64,000 nucleotides of DNA, from assembly GCF_009914755.1 (NCBI RefSeq), contig NC_060939.1; one strand, given 5' to 3'. The stretch's first letter is position 1. Each line of letters begins with the position of its first letter. This DNA comes from the human T2T-CHM13v2.0 reference genome, Homo sapiens. The notes beneath the pieces were generated by a model, which was not told the origin of the DNA, did not search any database, and worked only from the letters and a program-made list of their open reading frames with translations. Shown here piece after piece: positions 1-15,834 of this stretch. A program made the position numbers and the translations under genes.

Positions 1-73
1 CCTAGAATTATCTCTAAATTGAATTATACACATTAGAAGTGCTTTCAAAGAATATATACTTGGTTATAATTAA

Positions 74-441
<368 letters not shown>

Positions 442-860
442 CATTTTATCCAAATCTTAAGGAGAGGAAAATTTTCAAATTTACCAAGGACTATTCATGA
501 ATTTGGTCTTCTAAGGGCCCAAGCCAGAGTTCTGGGATCTTCACCAGCTTTGTCAGGTATCAAAACCTCTCATTTCTTTCACTGAGGCTTTAACAGTGCT
601 AGGCTGGTATCTGCTAAGCTTGAATAAGCTTTAGGGAACCTTCTCAGTGCACCTGATTATGTCCTTGAGTCTCAGAGATTTTTTGCTTCCTGAGCTGAAG
701 AAGAAATAGAGGAACACTCCTTCTTGACTACCTTGATGTTTAATTTTATGTGTCAACTTGGCTAGGCTAAGGTGCATGGTTGTTTGGTCAAACACCAGTC
801 TAGATGTTGCTGTGAAGGTATTTTTAAAATAAATCAGTAGACTTTGAATGAAGCAGATCA

Positions 861-1378
<518 letters not shown>

Positions 1379-1458
1379 TTACCTGAATTTTCAGTCTGCT
1401 GACCTGCTCTGCAAATTTTAGACTTGCCAGCTCCCAGAATTACATGAGCCACTTCCTG

Positions 1459-1462
<4 letters not shown>

Positions 1463-1536
<74 letters not shown>

Positions 1537-1551
1537 CACACACACATACAT
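1463..1551. repeat. Compound (TC)n(TA)n(CA)n microsatellite
   Basis: Direct reading. Confidence 0.95.
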
Positions 1552-3547
1552 GCAATGTGTAGGTAGATGCATAGATCTCCTATTGGTTCTGTTATTCTGG
1601 AGAACTGTGACTAATACAACTTTTCTAATAAGAAAGTTATTCCTCTATCTTTACTTTCCGCATTTTTTCTATTTGGGACTAGCATTTGTAATTTGCATCA
1701 AATACTTGTATTTATTTACAAGCATTACTTCATGAGCTCATGAAGCTCTGATATATTTCTATTGTGCTGCTTCTTATTTTTATTGGAGAACCTTATCATC
1801 CATTTATCTTCATAAAAAGAGAACATTTCAAAATTACATTCAATAGAAAGTAATGTTATAGCAGAAATACAAAGTGAAATCTCCATACTTTGTTAAAAAT
1901 TTTTTTCAGATGGAACTCTTAAAAACATTTTAAGTCCTTGAGTGTATCTACTGGATAATATTCATTTCCTTTTTTTTTTTTTAAATATAGTTAACTATAT
2001 TTAGTGGATTATGGGTGGAGAAGAAGGATATTTGAATATTTAAGACACAAAAGACAAGATTGATACCAAGACTGACAACACAGAACAAATGCCAATTTAC
2101 AGGAGAGAAGGTAGAGATGTTAATAGTGATAAATTAAGAATCCTTTGGAACTTTTTCATAATAGGCTGGTAGTATATAGAATACATGACTACCTCAAGCT
2201 CCTTTCTCCTAATCTCTCTTGTTGCCTGTAGCTTCAAAAGTGTCCCACCGGGAGAGTGACTTTTCCAAGACTGTCATGGGTATCTTTCTCACTGGGGCTT
2301 GTGCTTCCCAATGCTTGTGTGGCAGGTAGGTGCTTCTTTGAGTCTTGGTGACAGAAACACATAGAAATATGATTTAGTCCTTTAAGGAATAAAAAGGAAC
2401 CCATCCAGTTTTCAAGGGGGAAAAAAGTTCAAAACAATCAGAAACTTTTTTTTTTTTTTTTGTACCCAAAGCAAAACTTACTCAGGCTTTTTGGAGCGGG
2501 GAAAAAAAAAAAGAAAAGAAAAGTAGACAATATGCTTCTTATCTTTGAAGAAATTACGGATGGGTAGATGGGTTAATTTTAAAAAGGAGAAGACACATGC
2601 TACTATTTAAAGAAGCCCCAGAAAGACTTAAACTTGAAATCCGCGCTGTGGCAGCAGCTTTCCTCATTACCCTCATTCTTAGGCATCTTCTATGTCCCCA
2701 GAGGAATTGAAGTCAACTCTGTTTTTTTATTCAGTACAGTGTCCAGCAGCAACTATGACAACTATGTGTGCTGCAAAGAATTTTTCCAGAGGTGGGTGTC
2801 TCCAGGGCCACAGAGTTCCCTCTCAGTACTTTACAGGGGAAGTTATTCTCTACTCTACACTTGAAAGTAGAGAAGAAAAGAAACACGTGTGAAAGTATTT
2901 GGAAGTGCATAAGTGGTGTGTGTAAAGGGGAATGTCATGTTCAGCCTTGTGTTTTTCCTTCCTTCTTCCTACTGGAACCCGTTTGAGTCTTTGTTACCCA
3001 GTTAGTAGAAGCTGTAGATCTGAGTAGAAGTTTTCTTGTTTGTCAAAAGAGCATTACCACTAGTGGTTGAGAGGGTGCATTTCCAGAGAGAAAGAGGGGG
3101 CAGCAGCCCTTTTGCAACTTTTAAACAGCGATGAGAATTCTGGCCCTTTGTCTTTAAGCATTATATTAAGCAGACTTTGACGTTTTTGTTTGAGCATTTT
3201 ACTCAACATTACTAACCCCTTTTCCTTCTCTGGTCCCTGGGAAAACATGGACTACCATGCAAAAGCTCCTACCAAATGCTGTGGCATCTTCAATCACAGT
3301 TCCTGCCCACCACAAGCAGGCCAAGTCCCTGAGCCACACACCTGAATTGATAAATCTTCTATAGAAGCATAGATTGGGCATCCTTTGCTTGTCTCCAGCT
3401 TCTCTGCATTGCACCGTTTTGCTACATACCATGAGAATGACTCAACCTCTTGCACGCTCAAGTACCTGACTTTGAGCAGTTACCTTTCCTAAGTGAAAAG
3501 TGAGCATCTGAAAAGAGATCACTTGCTTTAGAAATATATTAAAGATG

Positions 3548-3718
3548 CCTGTTGTGCGGTGGGGGGAGGGGGGAGGGATAGCATTAGGAGATATACCTAA
3601 TGAAAATGACGAGTTAATGGGTGCAGCACACCAACATGGCACATGTATACATACATAACAAACCTGCACGTTGTGCACATGTACCCTAGAACTTAAAGTA
3701 TAATGAAAAAAAAAAAAA
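3548..3718 (+). mobile_element. 5'-truncated L1PA 3' end (about L1PA4/5-like)
   Basis: GGGAGGGATAGCATTAGGAGATATACCTAATG...CCCTAGAACTTAAAGTATAAT + poly(A); 18-bp TSD AGAAATATATTAAAGATG (3530-3547, 3719-3736). Confidence 0.95.
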
Positions 3719-3877
3719 AGAAATATATTAAAGATGGGTTTCCCTATAAAGAATGACTCCAAAACATGAGAGATGGTCCATCTGAATAAATCCTTAAGTG
3801 AAATAAAGACCATGATAGACATTACTGATGCTGGTATACTTTGGACAAATGAATCCGGGGAACAGAAGAAACAACAT

Positions 3878-4186
<309 letters not shown>

Positions 4187-5353
4187 CAGAAGAAGAAACT
4201 ACAAGGAGACTGGGAGTCTTTATTAGGAGAAAGGAAATTTAGTTTACCTGTAACTGGAAATAGAGCTTAGAATTGTATTTATGGGCTAAGACAGTGACAT
4301 GTACCCAGGTATGGGAGAAACTTCAAAGCCTTGCTGACCTTTGGCCATACATACAAGCAGGTGTTCTCTCTTACAAAAGCCCCTTTCAAATCCTAGGCAC
4401 ATTTTAGTCACACAACTGCAAACTCAAAATTAATTTGCCTCAGTTCTAGTGGTGGTCAGGTCCAGTGGTCAGGTGGTGGGTGAAGACTGCAATTTTAAAT
4501 AAAATGGTTAGGGAAGGACTTGCATTTAAGCAAAGACCTGAAGGAGGCAGGGAACAACTCATGGAGATAGCTGGGGACAAGGCTTCCAGAAGAAAAGTAA
4601 GAGCAAAGGTCTGACAGTGAAAGTTTGTCTAGGGTGTTCTGGGGCCAGCGAGGAGGCCTGTGAGGCTGGAGTGAAGTGAGGAAGGGAGGTGGAGGAGCTG
4701 GAGCTGGGGTGGCAGTGGGGCCCAGGTTGTGTGGAACTTCTGTAAGCACACAGGCTTCCCCTGAGTGAGTTGGGAGGGAGAGGAGTGACATGACTTGACT
4801 TTTGTTTTAACGGGATCATTCTAGCTGCTGATGAGAACAGACTAAAAGGGAACAAGGATAGAAGCAAGGAGATCAGGACGAGGTGTTTTCAGTAAGCCAG
4901 GAGAGAGATGACAGTAGCTGGCACCAGGACGGGAGCAACCGAGGTGGCAAGAAGTGGTACGATTCTGAATATATTTCAAAGGTAGATGGATCTGCTGGTG
5001 GATTAGATATGAAGTGTGAGAGAAAGAGAGGAGGCACAGATGAGTCCAAGGTTGTCAGCCTGAGCCATTGGAGGGATGGAATTACCTTAACTAAATAGAG
5101 GAAGACTCAGGGAGAGGCAGGTCTTGGGAGAAGCATCAGAAGTTCAGTTTGGGATGTGCCTAACAGAGACATTGAATAGGCAGCTGAATACATGAGTGTA
5201 AACAAGTCAGGACTGCAGTTATCAATTTGGGAGTCATATACATGGAAATGAAAGCCACAAGACTGAATGAGTTTCCCAAGAAAGAAAATATAGACAGAAT
5301 CTAAGGGAAAGAGCCAAAGACTGAGCCCTGGAGCACTCCAATGGTTAAAGTCA

Positions 5354-5978
<625 letters not shown>

Positions 5979-7984
5979 TTAGTAATTGTAACAAGGGCAG
6001 TTTATGTAGAGAGCTGGGGGTAGAAGCCTGAATGAGTGGGCTCAGGAGGGAACGGGATTAGAAGAACTACAGACAGGGAGGATAGATGACTATTTTGAAG
6101 AGTTCTTCTGCAGAGAGTGCAAGAATAGAGCAGTAGCTAGAGGTGAAAGTGAGGTGAAGAGAGGGTTTTTTTCTTTTTTTAAAGTGGGTGAAATAATCCT
6201 GCATTTGCACACTAATGGAAATGTCTAATAGAGAGAAAAAATGTTGATGCATCAGAGAAGCAGAGAATAGCTGGAGAAATTCTTTTCTCAGCACGTCTCA
6301 TAGAACTGAAGACATTCTAACCTATGCCAAAGTTTGTTCCTATCCTATGCACAGTGAAATGTCAGCAATTCTGGTCAAGGAAATAGTTTCTGCAGGGGCA
6401 GAAGTGGAAAGAGTTTCCGAGGTCCTTTGGAAAGTCACACCCCTGTATCTTGGAGCCTGAGGGCAGGGTTTGTGTGGACAAAAGTGCTAACCCAAGGGTC
6501 TCAGCTTTGACTCGAAGATAAATTCTTCTGGGCATTTGCATGAATCCCACCCAAGCAACCTCTCTGTACAATATAGCTTATAATAAGACCTCGCTAAAAC
6601 AGATTTTACCATTTGTGATTATTGGAAGAGACAAAAATCAAAGTTTCCCCTTTTACCTCAGAGACAATTGTTTCCATAGAAAATTAAGGCTGTTTACAAA
6701 ATTACATGGGAAATTTTACTTCGCTTTGTAAAAGGCTTCAGACATTATCTTCAGTGTGATTGCAAATAATAAATTCCAATTTAAGGAGATACCTGGGGTA
6801 AGCCTGTGCTTTCTTATACCAAATCAAAAATTTTTTTCTCCATTTCACTGAGGTTCTGTAGTAGGCAATGCTGTCTTAGCATGTTTTGAATTATTATAGC
6901 ATAGTACTAGAAAATAATAAAACTGCCTTTTCTATAAAAATATCCTATCAGTCTGATTTTTAAATAAGTGAGAAAAATTTCTCTCCTTAGGTATGGTTTG
7001 GAGAAATTTTAAATGGTTGATACCTTCCTAAGCACTCCTTAAAAAAAGAAAACCAATTCAATCAGCTTTTCAATATTTTCCACTGAATTACCCCTAATAG
7101 CAGAGGACAGCAAACACATACTCTGGAGAATATGGGGTGTGGCCAAAGTGGCCAAGGAAATCACAAAATTTCTTTGAAGTCTCCTTTTTAAATATTAAAA
7201 TTCATATGAATTTTTCATTTTATACCATACTAATGCAAAGTGTAAAATACACATTAAAATATGTTTTAAATTATCATTCAGAGGGAAAAGTGTTCTACTT
7301 GTCTCACTGGTTCAATGAAGAAGCTGCTTTTCATCGATTCTGTCCATGTCAGAAAACTGGGCTGAACTGAAAGCAGCTAACACCAGATTCATCATTTAGG
7401 CAATCTGTCTTCTCTGTCTTGGAGAAGTTTTGAACTCAGTGACTCTAGAACCCAGACCTACAAAAACATATTGATAAAATTGCAACAGTTTTTCACTGCT
7501 TTATGTGCGATGAAAGGGTAAAACTAGGAAATATTCTTAGAACGCTGCTGGAGAGAAAGTTATGGTGCAATATTTTCAGGTTCCTGTGAAAGAAAATTTC
7601 AATAGTTGCATCATCCTACTTACAAGCAAAATAACCTACCTCATATGATGGGGTCTCCAGTCTGGTTACCCTCTCACTGTTTCAGGAACATTCATAAGAG
7701 CTGGAATGTGGTATCTTTTTTGTCAGCACTTCTTTTAAAATGGTCTGAGACTACTTACTAAATCAGAACTTCTGGGTGCAGGGCACTAGAATCTGCATTT
7801 TAGCAAGCCTTCCAGGTTGTTCTGGTGCACATTACATGTTTAAACATTTTCTGGAAGAACATAAAATGAAAGAAATCAATTTCAGTGTAAAAAGAATCAG
7901 AAGAAACAATAGAGAAGAAAATTGGGACAATTTTATGACTTTCTCCAGCAATGATTATCTGATCAGGCAGAGAGTAAGTTCTTG

Positions 7985-8495
7985 CTGAGGGTTGTAGCGG
8001 ACAAGTTAATTTCCTTCCCAGCATCCATTTCCCCCTTCTCCCTCCCAAAAGAATGTCATTTTCTTCATCCCTCTTTCCTGCATCAACGTGCCCCAAGTGA
8101 ATGCCACCCTCCCAATTCCAAAGGTAGTTCGGATAAATCCCATCCTAAATGCCAATGACTGGTCAGGAATGGGCAGATGACCCAAGGGGCCAACAAAATA
8201 TGATAGGAGTCCTGTTAAGGGGATTCTAGGGAAAGTTTCTGCTTCTATGAAAGAGCTACACAGAAAAAAGTAACACTAGGTTATGATCCCAGGAACTGCT
8301 GCCTTCATCTTGCTGTCAGCCTAAGGATAAGCCAACAATGAGGGAGGCTTTCCATCCAGAAAGATGGAAAAAAACTTGGTCATAAGGTAGTTGAATTTCC
8401 TTACTGCTAAACTTCCTATTGTGTGCAATAAGTTTTCTTGTTTAACCTACTTTAAGTAAAGCTTCCATTACGTGCAACCAAAAGGAACCCAAATC
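7985..8495 (+). mobile_element. Old MaLR/ERVL LTR (MLT1-like)
   Basis: CCCAGCATCCATTTCCCCCTTC, ATGACTGGTCAGGAATGGGCAGATGACCCAA and TGCAACCAAAAGGAACCC motifs. Confidence 0.5.
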
Positions 8496-8496
8496 A

Positions 8497-9056
8497 TGTG
8501 GGGGTTATTCAGGGTTGATGTTTTAAAAATGAAAATTTGAATATGGCGTGGCAAAGTGGGTGTGACCACAGAAGGAAATGACAACCAGGCTTGAATGGAA
8601 GTTTACTGTACTCACAGGCCCAGAGAGGGGTCACCACATACCACACAGGTCCACAAGGGAATCGTCAAGTTTTGGTCATGTGGCGGAAGACAGGAGCTGG
8701 GGGAAGCTTAGACGTGAGTCTTTGTTGAGGTTTCCTTGGGAAAGGCAAGGCAGAGCAGAGAAAGCAGCTTGGGATTGACTAGTTTGAATAATTCTGACCA
8801 GCTCTGGGCTATAGGAGTGGTCTGCAGTTGCCTGATTTAGAGCAGGGGAAATATTGGTTTGGTGTCTGAGAGATCGATAAGGAGATGGCAGGGCTATCGA
8901 CTTGGGATTGGTTGGTTTGTATATGAAAAATGTGCTCCTAGCCAAGCCCTTTGCTATCTCTAAGAATTAGCAAGACCTGAAAGGGGCAGTCTTTCTCTGG
9001 CCAGCAAGATGTCAAAACATCATGAAATACAGAAAATAAAAAACACAATTAATACA
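8497..9056 (-). mobile_element. ERVL-class solo LTR (MER74/LTR47-like)
   Basis: Minus strand starts TGTATTAA...GATGTTTTGACATCTTG...GCTAATTCTTAGAGATAGCAAA...CAAACCAACCAATCC and ends in CA. Confidence 0.6.
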
Positions 9057-9149
9057 ACTGGATATCTTCAAAACAAATAATGGCAGTTAAAAGCATAAGA
9101 TTCCAGAGTGTTAGTAAGGGTTCTTCAACTGTAAAAAGAGTCCATTTAA

Positions 9150-9640
9150 ACCAAAGGAGTAGAGTTCTAGGGAGACATGATTGTCTGAGAAGCACATTTA
9201 TCAGAGCTAACCAAGCAAAAAGGGGAGGTGAGAGATGAAGACAGGGAAGATCAGAGGCATTTCCGGCAAAGGGAAAATGTGTAAAATCCCTGGGGCAGAA
9301 GAGAGCATGGCTCTGGGGTAGCCAGAGTGGAGGGAAGCCAGGGAAAGTGGCAGTGAGACAGGCTGGAGGTGGGCGGACGCAAGGCCATGTGGGGCCCTGT
9401 AGTCCATTGTAAGGATTTGGGACTTTGTTTTAGAGAAAAATGAGAATTCCACTGAGAGACTTTGCGGAGATGGGGAGAAGAGGGGACCAGATTTCCGTAC
9501 TGAGAGGTCAGTCTGGCTGCTGAGGCTTGAGGAAGCTGTGGCAATGGTTCAGGTGAGAGATATTGGTAGCTTGGACTAGAATGGAGGCAGCGAGGATGAA
9601 AAAAATAAGTAGGTTGTTGATTAATTTGTTCTAAGCTGAA
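9150..9640 (-). mobile_element. L2 remnant
   Basis: GGCATTTCCGGCAAAGGGAAAA...CATTGTAAGGATTTGGGACTTT motifs. Confidence 0.6.
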
Positions 9641-10139
9641 GGTGTACATTTGGCAGATTTCCTATAGATCATAATGAAATCATGGGTAGTAAAGTGAGGG
9701 AAGGATCTAGTGAAGAATGAGAAAGAAATAGGGCCTTGAAAAGAGTCCTAAGGAAGCCGAAGACTTTCGAGTCCTTTAGACTCCAGGGCTTGGTAAACTT
9801 ATCCTGTAAAGGATCAGATAGTAAATATTTTAGGCTTTGTAGCCAAGAATCAGAATCAAGATATTATGTGGGTACTTATATAACAGAGAGGAAAAAGAAG
9901 CCATAAAGCTGTTATCGACAAAATTCAAAATATAATAAAAATTGAGGACAACCTTTTTATAATATAGTTCTACCAATGAGAAAAATGAAATTTTCTTTTG
10001 GGGGAATGATAGTTTTGCTTAATTGGCGTTCACTGTTAGTGTTCCCTATTATCAAAATAAATTGTAAATGTTCATCTATTAATGTGATGAGATTTTACAT
10101 CTTTATATATTTCAAATGTCTTTTCACACAGACACATAA

Positions 10140-10467
<328 letters not shown>

Positions 10468-10545
10468 CAGGAACATATAATTTAAATTGAACATATTCAT
10501 TGCTTGGAAAGGTATTTATAGAATTGTATTAGATTCTTCTTTTGA

Positions 10546-10926
<381 letters not shown>

Positions 10927-10951
10927 TAAATTATTTTAAAAAATTTAAATT

Positions 10952-11058
10952 AAAAATGTGGGAGGCTTCAGGAATTTGCGTGTCATCCTTGCACAGGAGC
11001 CACGCTAATCTTCTCTGTATCGTTCCAATTTTAATACACGTGCTGCCAAAGCAAGCAC
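10952..11058 (-). pseudogene. Full-length U6 snRNA retro-pseudogene
   Basis: Reverse complement reads GTGCTTGCTTTGGCAGCACGTGTATTAAAATTGGAACGATACAGAGAAGATTAGCGTGG...CACATTTTT, 107 nt colinear with U6 including the ACAGAGA box; multiple substitutions; no PSE/TATA promoter recognised upstream; flanking direct repeat. Confidence 0.95.
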
Positions 11059-12585
11059 TGATAAATCACTTTCCTAAACCACACAGTTAAATATACTTTG
11101 AAATTACCTTTGCTCTTGCATTGAGTTAAAAAAAACTCTGCTGGAATGGTCATTTGAGTTCAGAAAATATATCTGTTGCAAATGGAGACTGGAGATCTTG
11201 CTTTTTGTTTCCAGTTTTGACAGCATGGGAAGTAGGTAAAGTAATTTCATATTACTTGTGATTGAGACATGAGCCATCTAAACGACTTTACCATAAGTTT
11301 TGAATATAAGCACTGTTTTGCCTCATAATTTTAGATTGAATTTATTAAGAAACATCAAGTCTGTAGCAAAAGCTAATTCTAAAGTAATTAACAGTGATTG
11401 CAGGCAGCTCTTCTATTTGAAAAAAACTTCAATCCTAGCCCCAAGCTCAAAAGATTGCAATAAAACCTTACCATTGCTGAACCATTGACTGCTGTGGGGG
11501 TGGTGGGGCAAGTCAGGATATTCACACAATTCCTCAGTTCCCACTAAAGACTCAGTATTGATTCCTTGAACAATCCACAACTGAGCAGAATCAGTAACCC
11601 ATGTTGATTCACCAAGATCGAAGGAAAACCACTCCACATCATTTGTGTTAATTGATTATTGTCGCTCCCATTGTCCTCAACTCAGAGAGCAACCCTGCAT
11701 GCCAAAGGCTAATACTAATTTTAAGCAGTTTGTTTCTTCTGGACACATTTCTTCAGCAACCAAACATGATTTAATTAACTAGCCATTAGTAAATGGCTTT
11801 CCTTGATTAGCTAACAAATGAGCCATTGGGATTCTTACCTACAAAAAGGTTGAAGACTTTTTTTTTCATTTTTTATTTTTGTGAAGACATTTTGCTGTAA
11901 TGAGATATTTCATTTTAAATTTTCTATTTTTTTCTGACTGTTGCCTTCCTGTAAGTTGGAAATCTTGTGATGAGTACTTCTGGTATTGTCAACATGTATT
12001 CTTTCAGCGCAGGTATAATGTCATTGTACAATGTTTTGCCGTTTAATTTAATCAGAATAATCCACACTCCACTGTGCCTTAGAAGTATGACAGTAACATT
12101 TACTTTTCTTTTCTGTTTTGACATGATGGGTATAGACTGGTAATAAAAAAATAAAATATCATAGGTACAGTGACACATGAGACACTTGAAACCCTGTCAA
12201 GTGATAACTGTGTCACTGTGATTTGTGGCATGCCAAGCCACATTGCAAAGTAGTGATAGCACCCTACAGTGTCTCTATCACAACTACTCAATCTGCCATT
12301 GGAGCACAAAAGTAGACATGGACAATATGCAAATGAATACATGTGGCTGTGTTCCAAAAAAACATTATTTATGGACACTGAAATTTGAAATTCATGTCAT
12401 TTTCATGCATCGTGAAATATTATTTTTCTTTTCATTTGTTTCAACTATTAGAATATGTAAAAAAAAAAAAAACATTTTTAGCTTGAAGGACCTGTTAAAA
12501 ACAGATGGCAGTCCAGATTTGACTGCAGGCCATAATTTGGTGAATGGAAGATTGTTTCAAGATAAAGCCTAGAAAACAGCCACTG

Positions 12586-12884
12586 GGCCAGGCATGGTGG
12601 CTCACGCCTGTAATCCCAGCACTTAGGGAGGCTGAGGCGGGCGGATCACCTGAGGTCAGGAGTTTGAGACCAGCCTGGCCAACATGGTGAAACCCCAACT
12701 CCACTAAAAATGCAAAAAATTAGCCGGGCATGATGGCATGTGCCTGTAATCCCAGCTACTCAGGAGGCTGAGGCAGCAGAATAAGCTTGAACCCAGGGGG
12801 AGGAGATGGCAGTGAGCCGGGATCAAGACACTGCACTCCAGCCTGGGCTGTAAGAATGAGACTCTGCTTCAAAAAAAAAAAAAA
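12586..12884 (+). mobile_element. Alu
   Basis: Dimer; TSD ACAG(C/T)CACTG. Confidence 0.95.
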
Positions 12885-13689
12885 GACAGTCACTGCAACT
12901 ATCAGTTATTTGTTGAACTCAGAGGAAGCAGTTGGACAATGTGAGAAAAACTGCAGATATAAGTGGATCAAGTAGTGAATTGAAGGTGAGAGAACAAATA
13001 TGGAAAGTATAAGCCATCTTTTTGCGAAATATGGCTCTAAAAAGGAGGAAAGAAATGATGTAATTTAAGAGAAGACTTTCGGTTAAAATAGGTGCGACTT
13101 GATCATGAGCACTTAATCTCCATTTCTTCTTTCTTTTATAATAAGGAAAATAATACCTATCTTGATGTTTCTTAGAACAGTCAAATGAGATAAAGAATGT
13201 TTTAAAGGCACCAGCATGATGCCTAGCATATAGTAGGTTCTCAAGAGTTAATTAATAAATATTCATATATACTTATTATTTGCTTTGTGAAAAACAAGTT
13301 TATTGCTTCCCATGTAGCTTTGTTATTTAGTTCTCGAACTATTTTTTCTTTAATCAAGGTTGTATTCCCTTACTGAGGTGCTTTGAAAGTTGTTAATTAA
13401 ATCAGAAGTTAACTGATCGATCAAGATACTATACTGCAATTTTAATAATTTGGATTTTGTAACTTCCTCAACTTTCCTCCTGCTAGACTGAATTGTAATC
13501 TTTTTAGTCTGTCTTCACATGGGAGCCACTTCATCCTTTCGATCATTTTCATTGCCTTTTAAAAATCATACTAAAATTATACAAATAATTATATAAACGA
13601 ATCATACAAATCATACACTAAGTTGGCATAATAGTGGGCTTATATTTATTCTTATTACTTTTTTAATATAACTTTTTTTCTGTAGGGCA

Positions 13690-14125
13690 TACAGAGTTAC
13701 CACATAACCCAGAAATTCCACTCCTAGGTATATACCCCAAGAGAAGTGAAAACATATGCCTACGCAGAAACTTGTATGTAAGTGTTCCCAGCAGCCTTAT
13801 CATAATAGCCCCAAAGTGGAAATAACCTAAATATTCAGCAACTGATGAATAGATAAATAAAATGTGTATATCTATACAGTGGGATTTCATTTGGCCATAA
13901 GAATACAGGAGGTACTGATATGAGCTACAGAGCGAAGGAAACTTGAAAATATTTTGCTAAGCGATAGAAGTTCATCACAAAAGACCACTTACTGAATGAT
14001 TCCATTTACATGAAATGTCCAGAATAGACAAAATGACAGGGACAGAAAGTAGGTTATTGGTTGCCTAGGACTTGGGGGTACAGGCGAGAAATGGAGTGAC
14101 TACTATACTAATAGGTATGGGGTTT
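13690..14125 (+). mobile_element. Old L1M (L1MB/ME-type) 3' fragment
   Basis: ATTCCACTCCTAGGTATATACCC, GGAAATAACCTAAAT, ATTCCATTTACATGAAATGTCCAGAATAG motifs. Confidence 0.8.
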
Positions 14126-14335
14126 CACTGTAGGCTGATGCTTTATAGTCTGTGTCTGACGATCTGGTATCTGGAGTCCCTGTGGATGTGTCTTTTGAAT
14201 GTTGTTTTGCTAGAGGGATATTTTCTCCTCCTGCATCTGTCTGTATTTGACTGTGTGGAGGACTCTGTATTTGAGATTTTATAGTTAGAAATAATTTGAA
14301 GCCTAGATGAATGTTACATTTTTTCAGGTATCGTC

Positions 14336-14464
14336 TTTTTTTTTTTCTTTTTTTCTTTTTTGAGCAGGAATGAAAGTTTATTAAAAAGCTTTAGAGCAGG
14401 AATGAAAAGAAAGTAAAGTACACTTGGAAGAGGGCCAAGTGGACATCTTGGAGGTCAAGTGCAA
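14336..14464 (-). mobile_element. Polyadenylated ERV1 LTR (MER51/MER4-group-like) R-region retrocopy
   Basis: About 100 nt of LTR-like sequence with AATAAA, poly(A) tail and 12-bp TSD TCAGGTATC(G/A)TC. Confidence 0.8.
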
Positions 14465-15834
14465 TCAGGTATCATCCAAACCTAGGCTAGAGGTTTTCTG
14501 GGCTACCTGAAAAATTTGAATGGCAGCTGGATAGCGGACCACAAGGGCCGGTTTACTTCCACTTCACCTCTAGTTCCTGGGTACAGTCAGTGCCGTGTCA
14601 AGCCACATTGGAACCTGAGGCAAAAGAAACATCAGTAATACTGATCTTGTCTTCATTTAACATTTTGATATTTTGTTCATCATGGATTTTTTCATTAATT
14701 TTGATGCTTAAAAAATACTGCATTATTATTATCTGGATTACCGAGGTTTTTTTGGTCCCCCTAAATTTTGTGGACATGGTGAGTACTTCACTGGCCTCAC
14801 ACTACTTCCAGCCTTGGTATCTGCCTTGGGATTTGTACACCCTGGGCAGTTTGAAGAGAGCAGTTGTGGGTCCCTCCAACTTCCTATAAAATCCCATGAA
14901 GGTCTCCTCCTTTATGATACCATTTATAATTAACTATAAGACTTCCACAGGATTAGGGGCCAAAACATCACATTTAGTAGGCTTATCAGATTACTTTTCA
15001 TCCTCAAAGTAATGGGTTAATAGAAAATTGGAAGGAATAAAACCACGTGCTCATGCCTGTAAATCCCAGCACTTTGGGAGGCTGGGGCGGGTAGACCACA
15101 TGAGGTAAAATTAATATTTTAGAAGCTAATAAAACTTATAATATTGATATTAACAATCAAATATATTGGGATATTGAACTAAATTCCCTTCAGCATATTA
15201 TCCCTATGGAGCAGGATTGGCCTGAAGCATATTTTGACTTCAGCAACAATAATTATAGTTTGTAATCACTCAACAGATACATACTACACACTGCTACAGA
15301 TCAGGTAGGCAAATGAATTGTTGTAAAGTTAGTTCAAATATATGAGAAAGCTTATGATAGAATTTTTGGTTGGTTGAGCTATCTGTATAAGTCCAAACCA
15401 ACTGGTTATTAAAAATGTGTGGAATCTGTATGTACATTTTGATTATCTATTTGATTATATGATATTGCAAAGCAAGTGGTAGCTCTCAAACTAGGAGTGA
15501 TCATTTTGTCATGATAAGGCCTTGATCACGGATCAGGGATGTAGACCGCACTGTGGATTGTTTTGAGCATGACTATTTTCTGAGGGGGAAAGCTCCCTCC
15601 CACACACACAGAGCGGTGGTGGTGCTGGAGTTACAAGAAAGATGATAATTGATGTAGCAAATTCTGAAAAAAGAGAAAGATTAGGATCAAAGGACGGTTG
15701 TGTGGATTAGAGTTGGTGAGAAGTTTCACCTCTTTTTCTGTAGCAGCGAGAGAAGACCCTTTATACATGGTTGAGAAGCAAATGCATGCAATGAGATGAA
15801 GGCCTGATTTTTTTCTCTGGAAGCTTAGGTAGCA

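Noticed and set aside
2634-3432. Several short ORFs in apparently unique sequence
   Set aside because: No recognisable domain or coherent splice structure; cannot be supported as coding
10952-11058. U6 copy as a functional snRNA gene
   Set aside because: Multiple substitutions, retroposition hallmarks, and upstream sequence is transposon-internal rather than a PSE/TATA promoter
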